Of a DNA stretch of 59,291 nt, positions 20,108 to 29,819 are shown piece after piece. The DNA comes from an uncultured Anaerolineaceae bacterium (GTDB taxonomy: Bacteria; Chloroflexota; Anaerolineae; 4572-78). Below the pieces are notes generated by a model. The model did not search any database. It saw only the letters and a program-made list of their open reading frames with translations, and was not told where the DNA came from. The number at the start of each line of letters is the position of its first letter. The stretch's first letter is position 1. Made by a program: the position numbers and the translations under genes. The stretch covers positions 1-59,291 of the forward strand of contig CAYPUV010000001.1 in NCBI GenBank assembly GCA_964413895.1, given 5' to 3'.

Positions 20108-21445
20108 TTATGGATACACATGCCCCAATGTGCGGGGGAAGGGGTTGGTTTCTCTAACGTGATGAATACCGCAGATCCAGGCCACGGTTCGCTCAACGCC
20201 CAGGCCAAACCCGCTGTGGGGCACGCTGCCGTATTTGCGCAAGTCAATGTACCATTTAAAGGCATCTTCTGGTAAACCATCCTCATGGATCCGTTTTAGG
20301 AGCAGGTCTGGATCAGAAATGCGTTCGCTGCCGCCCGTAATTTCACCATAGCCTTCCGGGGCGAGCAGATCAACGCTTTTGCAAACTTCAGGCCGACCGG
20401 GCCACGGTTCCATATAAAATGCTTTGGCCTGTGAGGGAAAGCCATATACAAAAATGGGTTTTTTGTATAGTTTAGTCAATTCTGTCTCGTGCGGTGAACC
20501 AAAATCATCGCCCCATTCCAATTCCAGTAGCGATTTCAATTCGGGGTCGGTGGTGTGGGCACGAATCTCGGTGAGTTTTTCCACGGCTTCATCATATGAT
20601 ACGCGCGGGAAGGGAGGCGTAACGTTTTCTAGCATCCTGACGTCCCTTTCCAACACGGCCAGTTCTGGCCGGTGTTTTTGCAGCACCCGCTGAACAATGG
20701 CGCTGACGAATTGTTCTTCCATTTCCATCAGCCCGTCAAGGTCTTGATAGGCGGTTTCCGGTTCTACCATCCAGAATTCGGTCATATGACGGCGGGTTTT
20801 ACTTTTTTCGGCGCGGAAAGTAGGGCCAAAAGCGTACACTTTCCCAAAGGCAAAGATGTTGGCTTCATTGTAAAGTTGCCCGGTTTGCGCCAAATACACC
20901 GGTTCGCCAAAGTAATCTACCTCAAACAGGGTGGTCGTTCCTTCTCCGGCGGCGGGCGTAAAAATGGGCGTGGACATTTCCACGTAGCCGTGTTCGGCAA
21001 GCCAATCTCGGATGGCCTGCATTACGGTGGCGCGGATGCGCAGCGCGGCCCACTGTTTGCGTGAGCGAATCCACAGGTGACGGTTTTCCATCAAAAACTC
21101 AATCCCATGTTCTTTGGGGGTAATGGGGAACTCTGCGGCCAGCTGCACAACGTCAAGGTCAACCACATCCAGCTCGTAGCCGGCGGGAATGCCTTTTGCG
21201 CGCGGCTCTGCTTTTACTGTGCCGGTGACGATGATTGCAGATTCCTGAGTGAGTCTTTTCCCCGTTTCAAATACCGCGGGCGACAAAGTCGGTTTGAACA
21301 GTACTCCCTGAATCTGTCCGCTACCGTCTCTTATTTGCAAAAATTGCAATTTCCCTTTGCCTGTTTTGTTGTACAGCCACCCTTGCAGGGTAACGGTTTG
21401 ACCAACATAGTGGGCAATGTCTTGAATGCGAATTACTTTGGGCAT
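20108..21445 (-). CDS. asnS: asparagine--tRNA ligase
   Basis: 445 aa class IIb synthetase. [31 protein letters not shown] and [17 protein letters not shown] match the AsnRS pattern. Confidence 0.85.
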   Translation of the reverse strand: MPKVIRIQDIAHYVGQTVTLQGWLYNKTGKGKLQFLQIRDGSGQIQGVLFKPTLSPAVFETGKRLTQESAIIVTGTVKAEPRAKGIPAGYELDVVDLDVVQLAAEFPITPKEHGIEFLMENRHLWIRSRKQWAALRIRATVMQAIRDWLAEHGYVEMSTPIFTPAAGEGTTTLFEVDYFGEPVYLAQTGQLYNEANIFAFGKVYAFGPTFRAEKSKTRRHMTEFWMVEPETAYQDLDGLMEMEEQFVSAIVQRVLQKHRPELAVLERDVRMLENVTPPFPRVSYDEAVEKLTEIRAHTTDPELKSLLELEWGDDFGSPHETELTKLYKKPIFVYGFPSQAKAFYMEPWPGRPEVCKSVDLLAPEGYGEITGGSERISDPDLLLKRIHEDGLPEDAFKWYIDLRKYGSVPHSGFGLGVERTVAWICGIHHVRETNPFPRTLGHVYP

Positions 21446-21471
21446 TAAAAACTCCTCGTATAAAATGGTAG

Positions 21472-21534
21472 TCAGTCATCAGCTTTCAGCGGTTAGTTTT
21501 ACTGCTGATAGCTGACTGCTGACGGCTGAAAGCT
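21472..21534. repeat. inverted arrays of 7-nt repeats (3x TCAGnnn facing 4x GCTGAnn) that form a hairpin
   Basis: tcagtca tcagctt tcagcgg at 21472-21492, and gctgata gctgact gctgacg gctgaaa at 21504-21531. The perfect 10-bp arms 21481-21490 and 25-34 of the same kb (21525-21534) pair. The element lies between the lon stop and the asnS start. Confidence 0.6.
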
Positions 21535-21601
21535 AAGTTTTCAACCGCTGTGGTGTGCTGTAGGCTCATGAAAACGCCCTTGATAAAATACGAACTACGA
21601 A

Positions 21602-23968
21602 TTACACCAATACCAGTTGCAATACCTCATCTAACGTTTTAACCAGAATGAATTCCAGATGGCGGCGAATTTTTGGTGGAATTTCTTCCAGGTCTTTTTT
21701 GTTTGGCTGGGGGATAATAACTTTTTTAATCCCCACCCGATACGCGGCCATCGCTTTGGCGCGCAAGCCGCCCACCGGCAACACTTTTCCGCGCAGGGTA
21801 ATTTCGCCGGTCATTGCAATTTGACGGTTGATTTTTCGTTTAGAAAAAGCGGAAATCAGAGCCGCGGCCATTGTAACACCGGCGCTTGGCCCATCTTTGG
21901 GGGTTGCGCCTTCTGGCACGTGCAGGTGAATATCGGTATTTTCAAACAGTGAGCGATCGATATTGTATTCTTGGGCGTGCGCTTTGGTATATGATAAGGC
22001 AGCCTGCACTGATTCTTGCATTATTTCGCCCAATTGACCGGTGAGGAGAAGGTTTCCTTTGCCTTCGTAGATACTTACTTCAATAGAAAGTATGTCGCCC
22101 CCCCCGCTTGTCCAAGCCAGACCGGTGGCGATGCCCACGGCATTTTCTTTTTCTAAAAAAGAATCAGGATAAGTGGGCGGCCCCAAAAAAAGGTCTACAG
22201 ATTTTGCCGTAATGATGTGGGGCGTTTTTTTGTTTTGCATTAGCCGACGTACGGTTTTCCGGCAAATGCGTCCAAGTTCTCGATCCAAATTGCGGACGCC
22301 GGATTCATACGTGTAAGCGCGAATTATCCGTTGAATGGCACTGTCGGCAAACTTTAATTCGTCTGTTTGTAAGCCATGCTCTTCCATATGCCGGGGAATG
22401 AGGAATTGGTTGGCAATGGCAATTTTTTCCTGGTCAATGTACCCGGGGAAGTCAATAATTTCCATGCGGTCTGCCAGGGCCGGGGGGATCGTGTCTATTA
22501 CATTGGCCGTGGTGATGAACAGCACTTTAGACAGGTTGTAGGGCAAATCAAGGTAGTGGTCAGAAAAGTTGTTGTTTTGCTCCGGGTCAAGTACTTCTAG
22601 CAAGGCGGCGGTAGGGTCACCGCGGTAGTCTGCGCCAAGTTTATCAATTTCATCCAGCATAATCAGGGGATTGATTGTTCCGACACGTTTCATTGTTTGG
22701 ATGATGCGGCCCGGCATTGCGCCGATGTAGGTACGGCGATGCCCTCTAATTTCGGCCTCGTCGCGGATGCCACCCAGACTCAGGCGGGCGAACTTGCGGT
22801 CAAGCGCCTCGGCGATGGATTTTCCCAACGATGTTTTGCCGGTTCCCGGTGGCCCCACAAAGCAAAGGATGGGGCTGCGGAGTTTGCTGTTGTTGCCGGT
22901 GCGGGCACGCACGGCCATATATTCCAGAATACGTTCTTTTACTCTGCGCAGCCCGTAGTGATTTTTGTTTAGGATTTGCTCGGCATGATTAATGTCCAGG
23001 TTGTCGGCGGTGGCGTTTGTCCAGGGAAGTTCCAGGATCCAATCCAGGTAGGTTCTAATGATGCCCACTTCGGGTGCCATCGGGGGAATATCGGCCAGGC
23101 GTTTGATTTCTTTTTCTGCTTTTTCGCGGGCTTCTTCGGGCAAGATGATGGCGTTAAGGCGTTCGCGTAACTCATTCACTTCGGCCAACGTGCCACCAGA
23201 TTCGCCCAGCTCGTTTTGCATAACTCGAATCTGTTCCCGGAGAAAAAAGTCGCGCTGGCTTTTGTCTACTTCTTGTTGCACCTGTACCTGAATCCGATCT
23301 TCCAACTCCAGCACGTCCAGTTCTCTGGCCAGGATGGTTGTAATACGCTGCAAGCGCGTAAATGGATCAAACGTTTCCAAAATTTCCTGTCGCACAGCAA
23401 TATTCAGGTCAAGCACCGAGGCGATTAAATCGGCCAGCCACCCCGGCGATGAAACATTATTGGCGGCAATAAACGCATCTTCTGGGATATGGGGATGGAG
23501 TTTGGCGCATTTTTCAAACAAAGCCAGCACAGCCCGCATTTGGGCTTCTGTGGAGAGGCTGAGTTCATCTTCATCTTGGAGTTCGGTAACGCGCTGCACG
23601 GTTACAATAGGGTAAGGCGTTAGTTGCGTCCACTCAAGGAGTTGAACGCGCTCAAACCCTTGTAGCAAAATATTGACAGTGCCATCGGGCATGCGCAAGT
23701 GGCGCACAATTGAAGCCCGCACGCCAACTGTATACACATCATCAGGGCCGGGTTGCTCCAGTAGCGGGTCGCGCTGAGTGACTACAATCAGGTCTTCTTC
23801 ATCATTTTTAACTGCCTCTACCGTCTCTAATGATGTTCGTTCGATGACCATCAGCGGGGTTAGTATTCTGGGGAAAAGGACGGCATCATTGACAATTAAA
23901 AGCGGCCTTTCAATGATGGGGTCTAGCAGCTCATCTAGTGCTTCGCTGTTTGTTTCAAAATTGAACAT
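21602..23968 (-). CDS. lon: ATP-dependent Lon protease (endopeptidase La)
   Basis: 788 aa. Walker A GPPGTGKTS, the catalytic Ser motif PKDGPSAG, and an N-terminal LON substrate-binding domain. Confidence 0.95.
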   Translation of the reverse strand: MFNFETNSEALDELLDPIIERPLLIVNDAVLFPRILTPLMVIERTSLETVEAVKNDEEDLIVVTQRDPLLEQPGPDDVYTVGVRASIVRHLRMPDGTVNILLQGFERVQLLEWTQLTPYPIVTVQRVTELQDEDELSLSTEAQMRAVLALFEKCAKLHPHIPEDAFIAANNVSSPGWLADLIASVLDLNIAVRQEILETFDPFTRLQRITTILARELDVLELEDRIQVQVQQEVDKSQRDFFLREQIRVMQNELGESGGTLAEVNELRERLNAIILPEEAREKAEKEIKRLADIPPMAPEVGIIRTYLDWILELPWTNATADNLDINHAEQILNKNHYGLRRVKERILEYMAVRARTGNNSKLRSPILCFVGPPGTGKTSLGKSIAEALDRKFARLSLGGIRDEAEIRGHRRTYIGAMPGRIIQTMKRVGTINPLIMLDEIDKLGADYRGDPTAALLEVLDPEQNNNFSDHYLDLPYNLSKVLFITTANVIDTIPPALADRMEIIDFPGYIDQEKIAIANQFLIPRHMEEHGLQTDELKFADSAIQRIIRAYTYESGVRNLDRELGRICRKTVRRLMQNKKTPHIITAKSVDLFLGPPTYPDSFLEKENAVGIATGLAWTSGGGDILSIEVSIYEGKGNLLLTGQLGEIMQESVQAALSYTKAHAQEYNIDRSLFENTDIHLHVPEGATPKDGPSAGVTMAAALISAFSKRKINRQIAMTGEITLRGKVLPVGGLRAKAMAAYRVGIKKVIIPQPNKKDLEEIPPKIRRHLEFILVKTLDEVLQLVLV

Positions 23969-24004
23969 TCTTACCTTCTAATAGAAAGGGATATTCGTTG
24001 GTGT

Positions 24005-24032
24005 TATTGAGTTCGTTGGCAACTTCTCAATA
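24005..24032. promoter_or_regulatory. imperfect 28-bp palindrome upstream of lon (candidate operator)
   Basis: TATTGAG-TTC-GTTGGCAAC-TTC-TCAATA. A third ATTGAGAAG copy sits at 24077-24085. The palindrome lies 37-64 nt upstream of the lon ATG. Confidence 0.35.
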
Positions 24033-24352
24033 GTCTGGGAATATTGCTTCCAACCCTGACGGGTTTTCCCCGAACAATTGAGAAGATACGTTCATATTAT
24101 AACAAACACCAATGAAAAGCAACAAACCTTCTGGGGTGCATTTCGGCCCAGGGGCAAGGTTGACGCTACTGCAATAAAAAGGGCATTCCGGAAAACAGAA
24201 GGGTATTCCCGCGAGTCAAGTTCGCTGTTGTATAATCCTCCATTCTGCGTTATGATTATATATTATACCTATTTGAGATTTGCAGCGGCGTTTGATTGTG
24301 GTTAATAACCTAATTCCACGTCAAACTGATGATACAGAGTGTTGGAGGAGCG

Positions 24353-25504
24353 ATGAATAGCGAGGCCGCATACTGGTTAGCTTTGCTCAATGCGGGTGAG
24401 TTGAAGTTGAGTACGATAAAGCCGGTGGCTCAGCAATGGTACTTGATGGAAGGAAAACCCATTGCAGAACTATTTAACCTCTCTGTAGCAGAAGTGAGCC
24501 TTCATTTTAATGTAGCGGAGAATGTAGCCGAAAAAATTCTGAAGACGGTGGATACCTACCAGCGCCAATTGAAAATAATTGAACAGTGGAAACAACAAGG
24601 GGTTGAAGTTTTGCCGTTGAGTCACCCCAATTACCCCACTCGATTACTTTACACGCTTCCCCCTCGGCAGCAGCCCCTGGTATTATGGGCCAAAGGAAAC
24701 TTAAAATTGCTCGCTGAACCCACCGTCACCGTTTTAGGTAACCCTGACCCTGTTGCTGAAACGGTAGAGAGTATTCAAAACCTGGTTTCTGTTTTGGTGG
24801 AAGAAGAAATAGGGATGGTGAGTGGCTATGGCAAGGGACTTGATCGCCTGGCGTTTGAAACAATGTTGGCCACGCCAAACGGATTCGGCGTGGCTATTTT
24901 GCCCCTGGGGTTGGCGACGTTTGTCCGCCTAACCCAAAAACTGAACGCGCCGGTTGCCGCAGGGAAAACAGTGCTGCTAAGTCCCTTTGCGCCTGATACG
25001 GCATATCAAGAGTCATTTTCGGCGGCCCGCAATTTGCTTGTTGATTCATTGGCGATGGTGTTGTTGGTTCCCCAAATTGATCAAACAGCGCTCCCCCGCG
25101 CCAAAGCCGGTTTAGAGCGTGGTATGCCGGTACTGGTGGGGAAAACAGACACCCCAGAAAATCGAGAACTGATTGCCGCCGGCGCCTTTTTGATGACCGA
25201 CCCCGCCGAGGTGGTGGAACTGGTGCAACAGGCTGTCATCGATAACGCGATGCAATCTCAAATAGCACAAAAACCGGCCGTAGAAGAAGCGCCTCCTCCG
25301 CCGCCCAAATCTTCGCATAACCTTTTGAACGATACCGACGATTATGCGTTGGGAAAAGAGGTTGCGGAGCCACTGTCACCAGACCGGACAATGACAATTC
25401 TTTCGGCAGGGGGAACTGTCCCCAATTCTTTGCGGGCCCGGTTAATGGCGCTGGAAAAAGAACACGCTGAATCTGAAGCTGAATCTGGATCTGAAGCTGA
25501 ATAA
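24353..25504 (+). CDS. divergent DprA/Smf-like Rossmann-fold protein with a Pro-rich and acidic C-terminal tail
   Basis: Blocks are collinear with DprA: YPTRLLYTLPPRQQPLVLWAKG, VTVLG, GMVSGYGKGLD, GVAILPLG, LLSPFAPDT, VLLVPQ and MPVLVG. The start was chosen at the ATG 24353, preceded by GGAGGAG. Confidence 0.55.
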   Translation: MNSEAAYWLALLNAGELKLSTIKPVAQQWYLMEGKPIAELFNLSVAEVSLHFNVAENVAEKILKTVDTYQRQLKIIEQWKQQGVEVLPLSHPNYPTRLLYTLPPRQQPLVLWAKGNLKLLAEPTVTVLGNPDPVAETVESIQNLVSVLVEEEIGMVSGYGKGLDRLAFETMLATPNGFGVAILPLGLATFVRLTQKLNAPVAAGKTVLLSPFAPDTAYQESFSAARNLLVDSLAMVLLVPQIDQTALPRAKAGLERGMPVLVGKTDTPENRELIAAGAFLMTDPAEVVELVQQAVIDNAMQSQIAQKPAVEEAPPPPPKSSHNLLNDTDDYALGKEVAEPLSPDRTMTILSAGGTVPNSLRARLMALEKEHAESEAESGSEAE

Positions 25505-25536
25505 AGTGTTTGGGCCAAACCAGACCACCTGATTTT

Positions 25537-26376
25537 ATGAAAGCGCTAAAAACAATATTAGTCCAGGCTATTCGCACCTTATCGCAAGCGGATAGCCAGA
25601 CGCCGCGCCTGGATGCTGAGGTTTTGCTGGCACATATTTTGCAACAGAACCGAAGCTGGCTGTACGCTCACAGCGAAGCGCCGCTCTCTGCGGCGACAGA
25701 ACGCCAATTTTTGCAATTGATTGCGCGTCGCGCCCAGAGCGAGCCGGTGGCCTACCTTACCGGCGAACGTGAATTCTTTGGGCTAACCTTCCACGTTAGT
25801 CCGGCAGTCCTCATTCCGCGCCCCGAAACCGAATTATTGGTTGAGTTGGCGCTATCGTGTTTGCCCCAAGCGGCTAGCCTGCTCGATGTGGGGACGGGCA
25901 GTGGCTGTATTGCCGTATCCGTCGCTGTGAATGCGCCAACCACGCGAATTATTGCCACCGATGTTTCGGCGGGGGCGCTGGCCGTGGCCCGGAAAAACGT
26001 AACCCGGCATCGCGTTGGCCGGCGCGTCTCGCTGGTGCAAACAAACTTGCTTGCTCCCCTGTCCAAACCGGTCGATGCGATTATTTCCAACCCCCCTTAC
26101 ATCTCCCGCGCAGAAATGGAAACGCTGGCTCCCACCGTGCACGCTTATGAACCGCGCCAGGCGTTGCTTGCCGGAGAAACAGGCCTGATGTACATTACAA
26201 AAATTTTGCAACAGGCTCCGATGAACATAAAACCCGGCGGGCATCTCTTCATCGAATTCGGCGTGTCACAGGGAGCGCAGGTATTGTCGCTGGCGCGGAC
26301 AACTTGTTCCGCTGCCAGCTTCACCATAAAAACAGATTTGGCTGGCAGAGAACGAGTTTTAATCGGTGAATTCTAA
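25537..26376 (+). CDS. prmC: peptide chain release factor N5-glutamine methyltransferase
   Basis: HemK-like. LLDVGTGSGCIA and the catalytic NPPY motif (IISNPPYIS). The ATG at 25537 is preferred over the TTG at 25510. Confidence 0.85.
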   Translation: MKALKTILVQAIRTLSQADSQTPRLDAEVLLAHILQQNRSWLYAHSEAPLSAATERQFLQLIARRAQSEPVAYLTGEREFFGLTFHVSPAVLIPRPETELLVELALSCLPQAASLLDVGTGSGCIAVSVAVNAPTTRIIATDVSAGALAVARKNVTRHRVGRRVSLVQTNLLAPLSKPVDAIISNPPYISRAEMETLAPTVHAYEPRQALLAGETGLMYITKILQQAPMNIKPGGHLFIEFGVSQGAQVLSLARTTCSAASFTIKTDLAGRERVLIGEF

Positions 26377-26412
26377 TGATTTTCTCGCGTTTGTTCCCTT
26401 TGCACAAAATAC

Positions 26413-26441
26413 TTGCCAAAGGCATAGCCGCGTGCTAGAAT
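26413..26441 (+). promoter_or_regulatory. candidate sigma70-type promoter for the glycoside-hydrolase-like gene
   Basis: TTGCCA, a 17-nt spacer, then TAGAAT. Confidence 0.4.
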
Positions 26442-26596
26442 ATTTTGACTTTTGCTTCTTCTGGTATGAAGCAATTTTTTTTTTACAGCCTGATAGCGAC
26501 TTCAAAATTATTCGTAAACCCTTGAAACAACATGCTTCCACACAGCAATAGCACTAGAAGTTGCGGGTAAAACACAATGAGGAGAACCATTTTAAT

Positions 26597-29563
26597 ATGG
26601 CAAACCGAGTGAATACTTCAATGGACAATCCACTGGGGGCTTTTGGTGCGGTCATCGAAAGCAAACGCGGCGGGATCATTATCAATTTTGTGTTGATTCC
26701 CTTGCTGCTGCTAGCGTCGCTGCTGCTGCCGCCCATCCGTTTGGTAGACCGGGTGGTGAATCTCACCGCAGGCTACCAAACGTTTGACCAACTGACCGGG
26801 GGCAGCGTCACCGACCCGGACGGGACCCAGGTGGATGTTTTGCCGGAAGGATTGGATGGAGACATTAGCCTGGTGCTAACGCCCATTCCACGAGACATCT
26901 TTTTGCGCGGCGACACCAACAAAAACCTGGTAAAAGCGGCGGAACAGTTTCCTCCCAACCTGGTGATGAAAAGCCCGCTGTATGAAATTAGACATAAGGG
27001 GAGCGACCCCACCGCTGTAATATTGTACATCCCCATTCCCAACGAGGCCGAGCCGTATTCTACGCTGGACCTTTACTCATGGAATGGAGAGCGCTGGGAG
27101 TGGCTCCCCAGCCAGCAGGTTATTGGCGAAGAAACGTTGGAATCGCGGCTGGGTTATTTGCCGCAATCTGTGGTTGTGGTGCAAACACATCCGGTGCGCC
27201 CTTACTTTTCAACCAACATTACCCCCGGCAGCGTGGTTCCCGACACGGTAAAAGATTCGCTGGTAGAAATAAATCCTCAGGGATTATTTTTGGGCGTTGA
27301 TGGGCAAATTGATGGCTCCGTGGCTGATTTTGCCCCCGCAGACGAAAATACCCCCTACACCACGGTCCCCACAATTAGAAACTGGGAAGATAGTGGTGTT
27401 GTTCGTAGTGACCTGATTGATAATTTGCTCATTGACCCCGCCGCCCGCCAACGACACATTCAAGCAATTAAAGACCTGGTGGTGGGCAAAAATTACGGCG
27501 GCATAGACATTGATTATCGCGGTATTAGCCCGGATTTAAAAAACGAATTTTCCTCCTTCATCTCCAACCTGAACGCGGCGTTGCCGGAAACCAAACGGTT
27601 GTCTGTACACGTAGATTTGCCCGTACAGGTTTCGGCAGATGCGTGGAACACCGGAGCTTACGATTGGCGGTCGTTGGGCAAGGCTGCTGACGTGGTGAAG
27701 GTGCCTACGCCGGTTGACCCCAGAGCCTATGTGCCAGATGGACAAATGGATGCGCTGCTCAAATGGGCCGTCGGAGAAATTAATCGCTACAAAATACAAT
27801 TGTTGTTAAATACAAAAAGCCTGGAAGAAACCAACGGCATCCGGCGAGAAATTAGCTACGATGACGCCCTGGCCCCGTTTGGCAATATTAATATCGCTTC
27901 TGGCAACAGCGTGGTTGTGCCGGGGCAAGAAGTTCTTTTCAACCTGATTGGGTTGCAGGGGACAACAGGCATCCAATATGACGCCAATAGCGGCTCATAC
28001 TGGTATGCCTATGTTGATAATGGTGGTCAACAACGCACTGTTTACATTGAAGATGCTACCAGCATTTCCAAAAAACTGAGCTACGTGGCTAACTACAATC
28101 TGGGGGGAGTGGCAGTGCAAAACCTGCTCACCGAACCCAATGACAGCCAGATTTGGGGCGTTGTGAAAGAATTTTTGAACCTGGTCATTCCTCAGGTTCA
28201 AAGCAATTTCTCTGTGGTATGGAAAGTAGATAATGCTAACCAGGGTGGCTTGGTTTCGGAAAATAGCGCCCCGCTGAATAACCCCAACTTCAAATGGGTT
28301 GCTCCCGAAGACGCCAATGGGGGCGTGTATGAAATATCTGCCTTGATCAGCGCCGACGGTGGCAACAGTGGCAGTTTCCGGGGCAGTGTGCAGGTGGTCG
28401 TCGCTTCGCCCACGCCCACACCATCGCCTACCCCTGTGCCGCCCACGCCTACACCCACTCCTGTGCCTACGGCAACCCCCAAGCCCCCACCCACGCCCAA
28501 ACCGGTGGAACAACCCAAATCGACCGCCAAAACACCCGCTTCAATAGCAAGTGGACCTAAACCTCAAGTTAACCTCCCGTTTGATTACGGCATTCAAGTT
28601 GACCCGATGAACATTCCCAACAACGTCCAGCCGGTAGTGAATATGGGATTCCGCTGGGTAAAACTGCAAATGCCCTGGAAAGTCGTGGAACCAGGCCAGG
28701 GGAATTTCCAATGGGAGAGCTGGGATGACGGGATCAATGCTTTTGCTGCCGCCGGTATAAAAGTGTTGCTTAGTATTCCCAAAGCGCCCGATTGGGCGCG
28801 CCCGGCTAATACAGACCTGGGCGTTGAAGGTCCTCCCGCCGACCCGCAGACCTACGCCAACTTTGTCGGCGCGGTAGCAGGGCGCTACGCAGGAAAAGTG
28901 CAAGCCATTGAAGTGTGGAACGAGCAAAACATCGCCTACGAATGGGGGAACGAACCATTTGACGCCGCCCGCTATATGTCAATTTTAAAGGCGTCTTATG
29001 TAGCCATAAAAGCCGCAGACCCCGCTATGATTGTTGTGAGTGGCGCGCCTACCCCTACCGGAGCACCCCCGCCAGCCGCTACGGACGATGTTGGATACCT
29101 GCGCCAGATGTACGCCAATGGCCTGAAAGAGTACTCCGATGCCATTGGGGCACACCCCAGTGGATTTGCCAATCCCCCGGATGCCCTATTTGCCGGCGGC
29201 GACTTTGATCCCAATCGCGGTTTCGACGACCATCGCAGCTTCTTCTTCCGCAATACGATGGAAGCGTACCGGCAGGTGATGGTTGAAAACGGCGATAGCG
29301 CCAAAACTATCTGGCCCACCGAATTTGGTTGGCCCGTAATGCGCTACGATGATGGCCGCTTCCCCTTCGCCTCAGATAACACACTCGATGAGCAGGCACA
29401 ATTCACCGTGCGTGCCTACCAAATGGGCAAAGAGTGGGGCTGGGTTGGCACAATGTTCTTGTGGAATCTGGACTACAACGTTACTGCCGGCGGCAAGGAG
29501 TTGGCTAACTTTGGCATATTAGGAACGAAAACGTATGATGCTCTGGCAGGTATGCCCAAGTAG
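26597..29563 (+). CDS. membrane-anchored two-domain carbohydrate-active protein: GH18-like domain, Pro/Thr linker, clan GH-A (GH5-like) TIM barrel
   Basis: N-terminal TM helix IIINFVLIPLLLLASLLLPP. GH18-like blocks GGIDIDYRG and NLGGVAVQNL. PT linker ASPTPTPSPTPVPPTPTPTPVPTATPKPPPTPKP. C-terminal EVWNEQN (acid/base NE) and IWPTEFGW (nucleophile E). The start at ATG 26597 follows GAGGAG; the ORF is open from 26561. Confidence 0.7.
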   Translation: MANRVNTSMDNPLGAFGAVIESKRGGIIINFVLIPLLLLASLLLPPIRLVDRVVNLTAGYQTFDQLTGGSVTDPDGTQVDVLPEGLDGDISLVLTPIPRDIFLRGDTNKNLVKAAEQFPPNLVMKSPLYEIRHKGSDPTAVILYIPIPNEAEPYSTLDLYSWNGERWEWLPSQQVIGEETLESRLGYLPQSVVVVQTHPVRPYFSTNITPGSVVPDTVKDSLVEINPQGLFLGVDGQIDGSVADFAPADENTPYTTVPTIRNWEDSGVVRSDLIDNLLIDPAARQRHIQAIKDLVVGKNYGGIDIDYRGISPDLKNEFSSFISNLNAALPETKRLSVHVDLPVQVSADAWNTGAYDWRSLGKAADVVKVPTPVDPRAYVPDGQMDALLKWAVGEINRYKIQLLLNTKSLEETNGIRREISYDDALAPFGNINIASGNSVVVPGQEVLFNLIGLQGTTGIQYDANSGSYWYAYVDNGGQQRTVYIEDATSISKKLSYVANYNLGGVAVQNLLTEPNDSQIWGVVKEFLNLVIPQVQSNFSVVWKVDNANQGGLVSENSAPLNNPNFKWVAPEDANGGVYEISALISADGGNSGSFRGSVQVVVASPTPTPSPTPVPPTPTPTPVPTATPKPPPTPKPVEQPKSTAKTPASIASGPKPQVNLPFDYGIQVDPMNIPNNVQPVVNMGFRWVKLQMPWKVVEPGQGNFQWESWDDGINAFAAAGIKVLLSIPKAPDWARPANTDLGVEGPPADPQTYANFVGAVAGRYAGKVQAIEVWNEQNIAYEWGNEPFDAARYMSILKASYVAIKAADPAMIVVSGAPTPTGAPPPAATDDVGYLRQMYANGLKEYSDAIGAHPSGFANPPDALFAGGDFDPNRGFDDHRSFFFRNTMEAYRQVMVENGDSAKTIWPTEFGWPVMRYDDGRFPFASDNTLDEQAQFTVRAYQMGKEWGWVGTMFLWNLDYNVTAGGKELANFGILGTKTYDALAGMPK

Positions 29564-29584
29564 CACAAAACAGTAAAAAAACAC

Positions 29585-29621
29585 AACGCCTGCAAGGTCA
29601 CAACCCTGCAGGCGTTTTTTT
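29585..29621 (+). terminator. rho-independent terminator
   Basis: Stem AACGCCTGCA / TGCAGGCGTT (29585-29594 and 29607-29616) followed by T7, 22 nt after the stop. Confidence 0.8.
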
Positions 29622-29753
29622 GTGCGGCTCAAAAAAATGGGGACAATGAAGGGCAAAACCCGCTCGTGTTCCTCGTTTTGTTCCCCTTCCCCCAAATTTT
29701 GGGGTAGGGAAAAGACTATTTTTCAACAACCGTGCCTGAAACAACATGTGCAA

Positions 29754-29782
29754 TTGACGTACTGCCAAAACAATGGTAACAT
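29754..29782 (+). promoter_or_regulatory. candidate promoter
   Basis: TTGACG, a 17-nt spacer, then TAACAT, about 40 nt upstream of the ATG at 29820. Confidence 0.3.
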
Positions 29783-29819
29783 TATGTTATCTTGCATGTG
29801 CGCGTAGGGAGTTCTATCT

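Noticed and set aside
23969-24328. Replication origin at the strand switch. Genes from 5.6 to 24.0 kb are all on the minus strand, and genes from 24.3 to 51.5 kb are almost all on the plus strand.
   Set aside because: I found only one near-consensus DnaA box (TGTGGTTAA, around 24297). There is no dnaA or dnaN nearby and no box cluster. A divergent promoter region is the simpler explanation.
27995-28530. Antisense ORFs of 172 and 110 aa (Gly/Arg-rich) opposite the glycoside-hydrolase gene.
   Set aside because: They are mirror images of the Pro/Thr-linker coding repeats and of the well-supported sense ORF. They have low-complexity composition and no independent signals.
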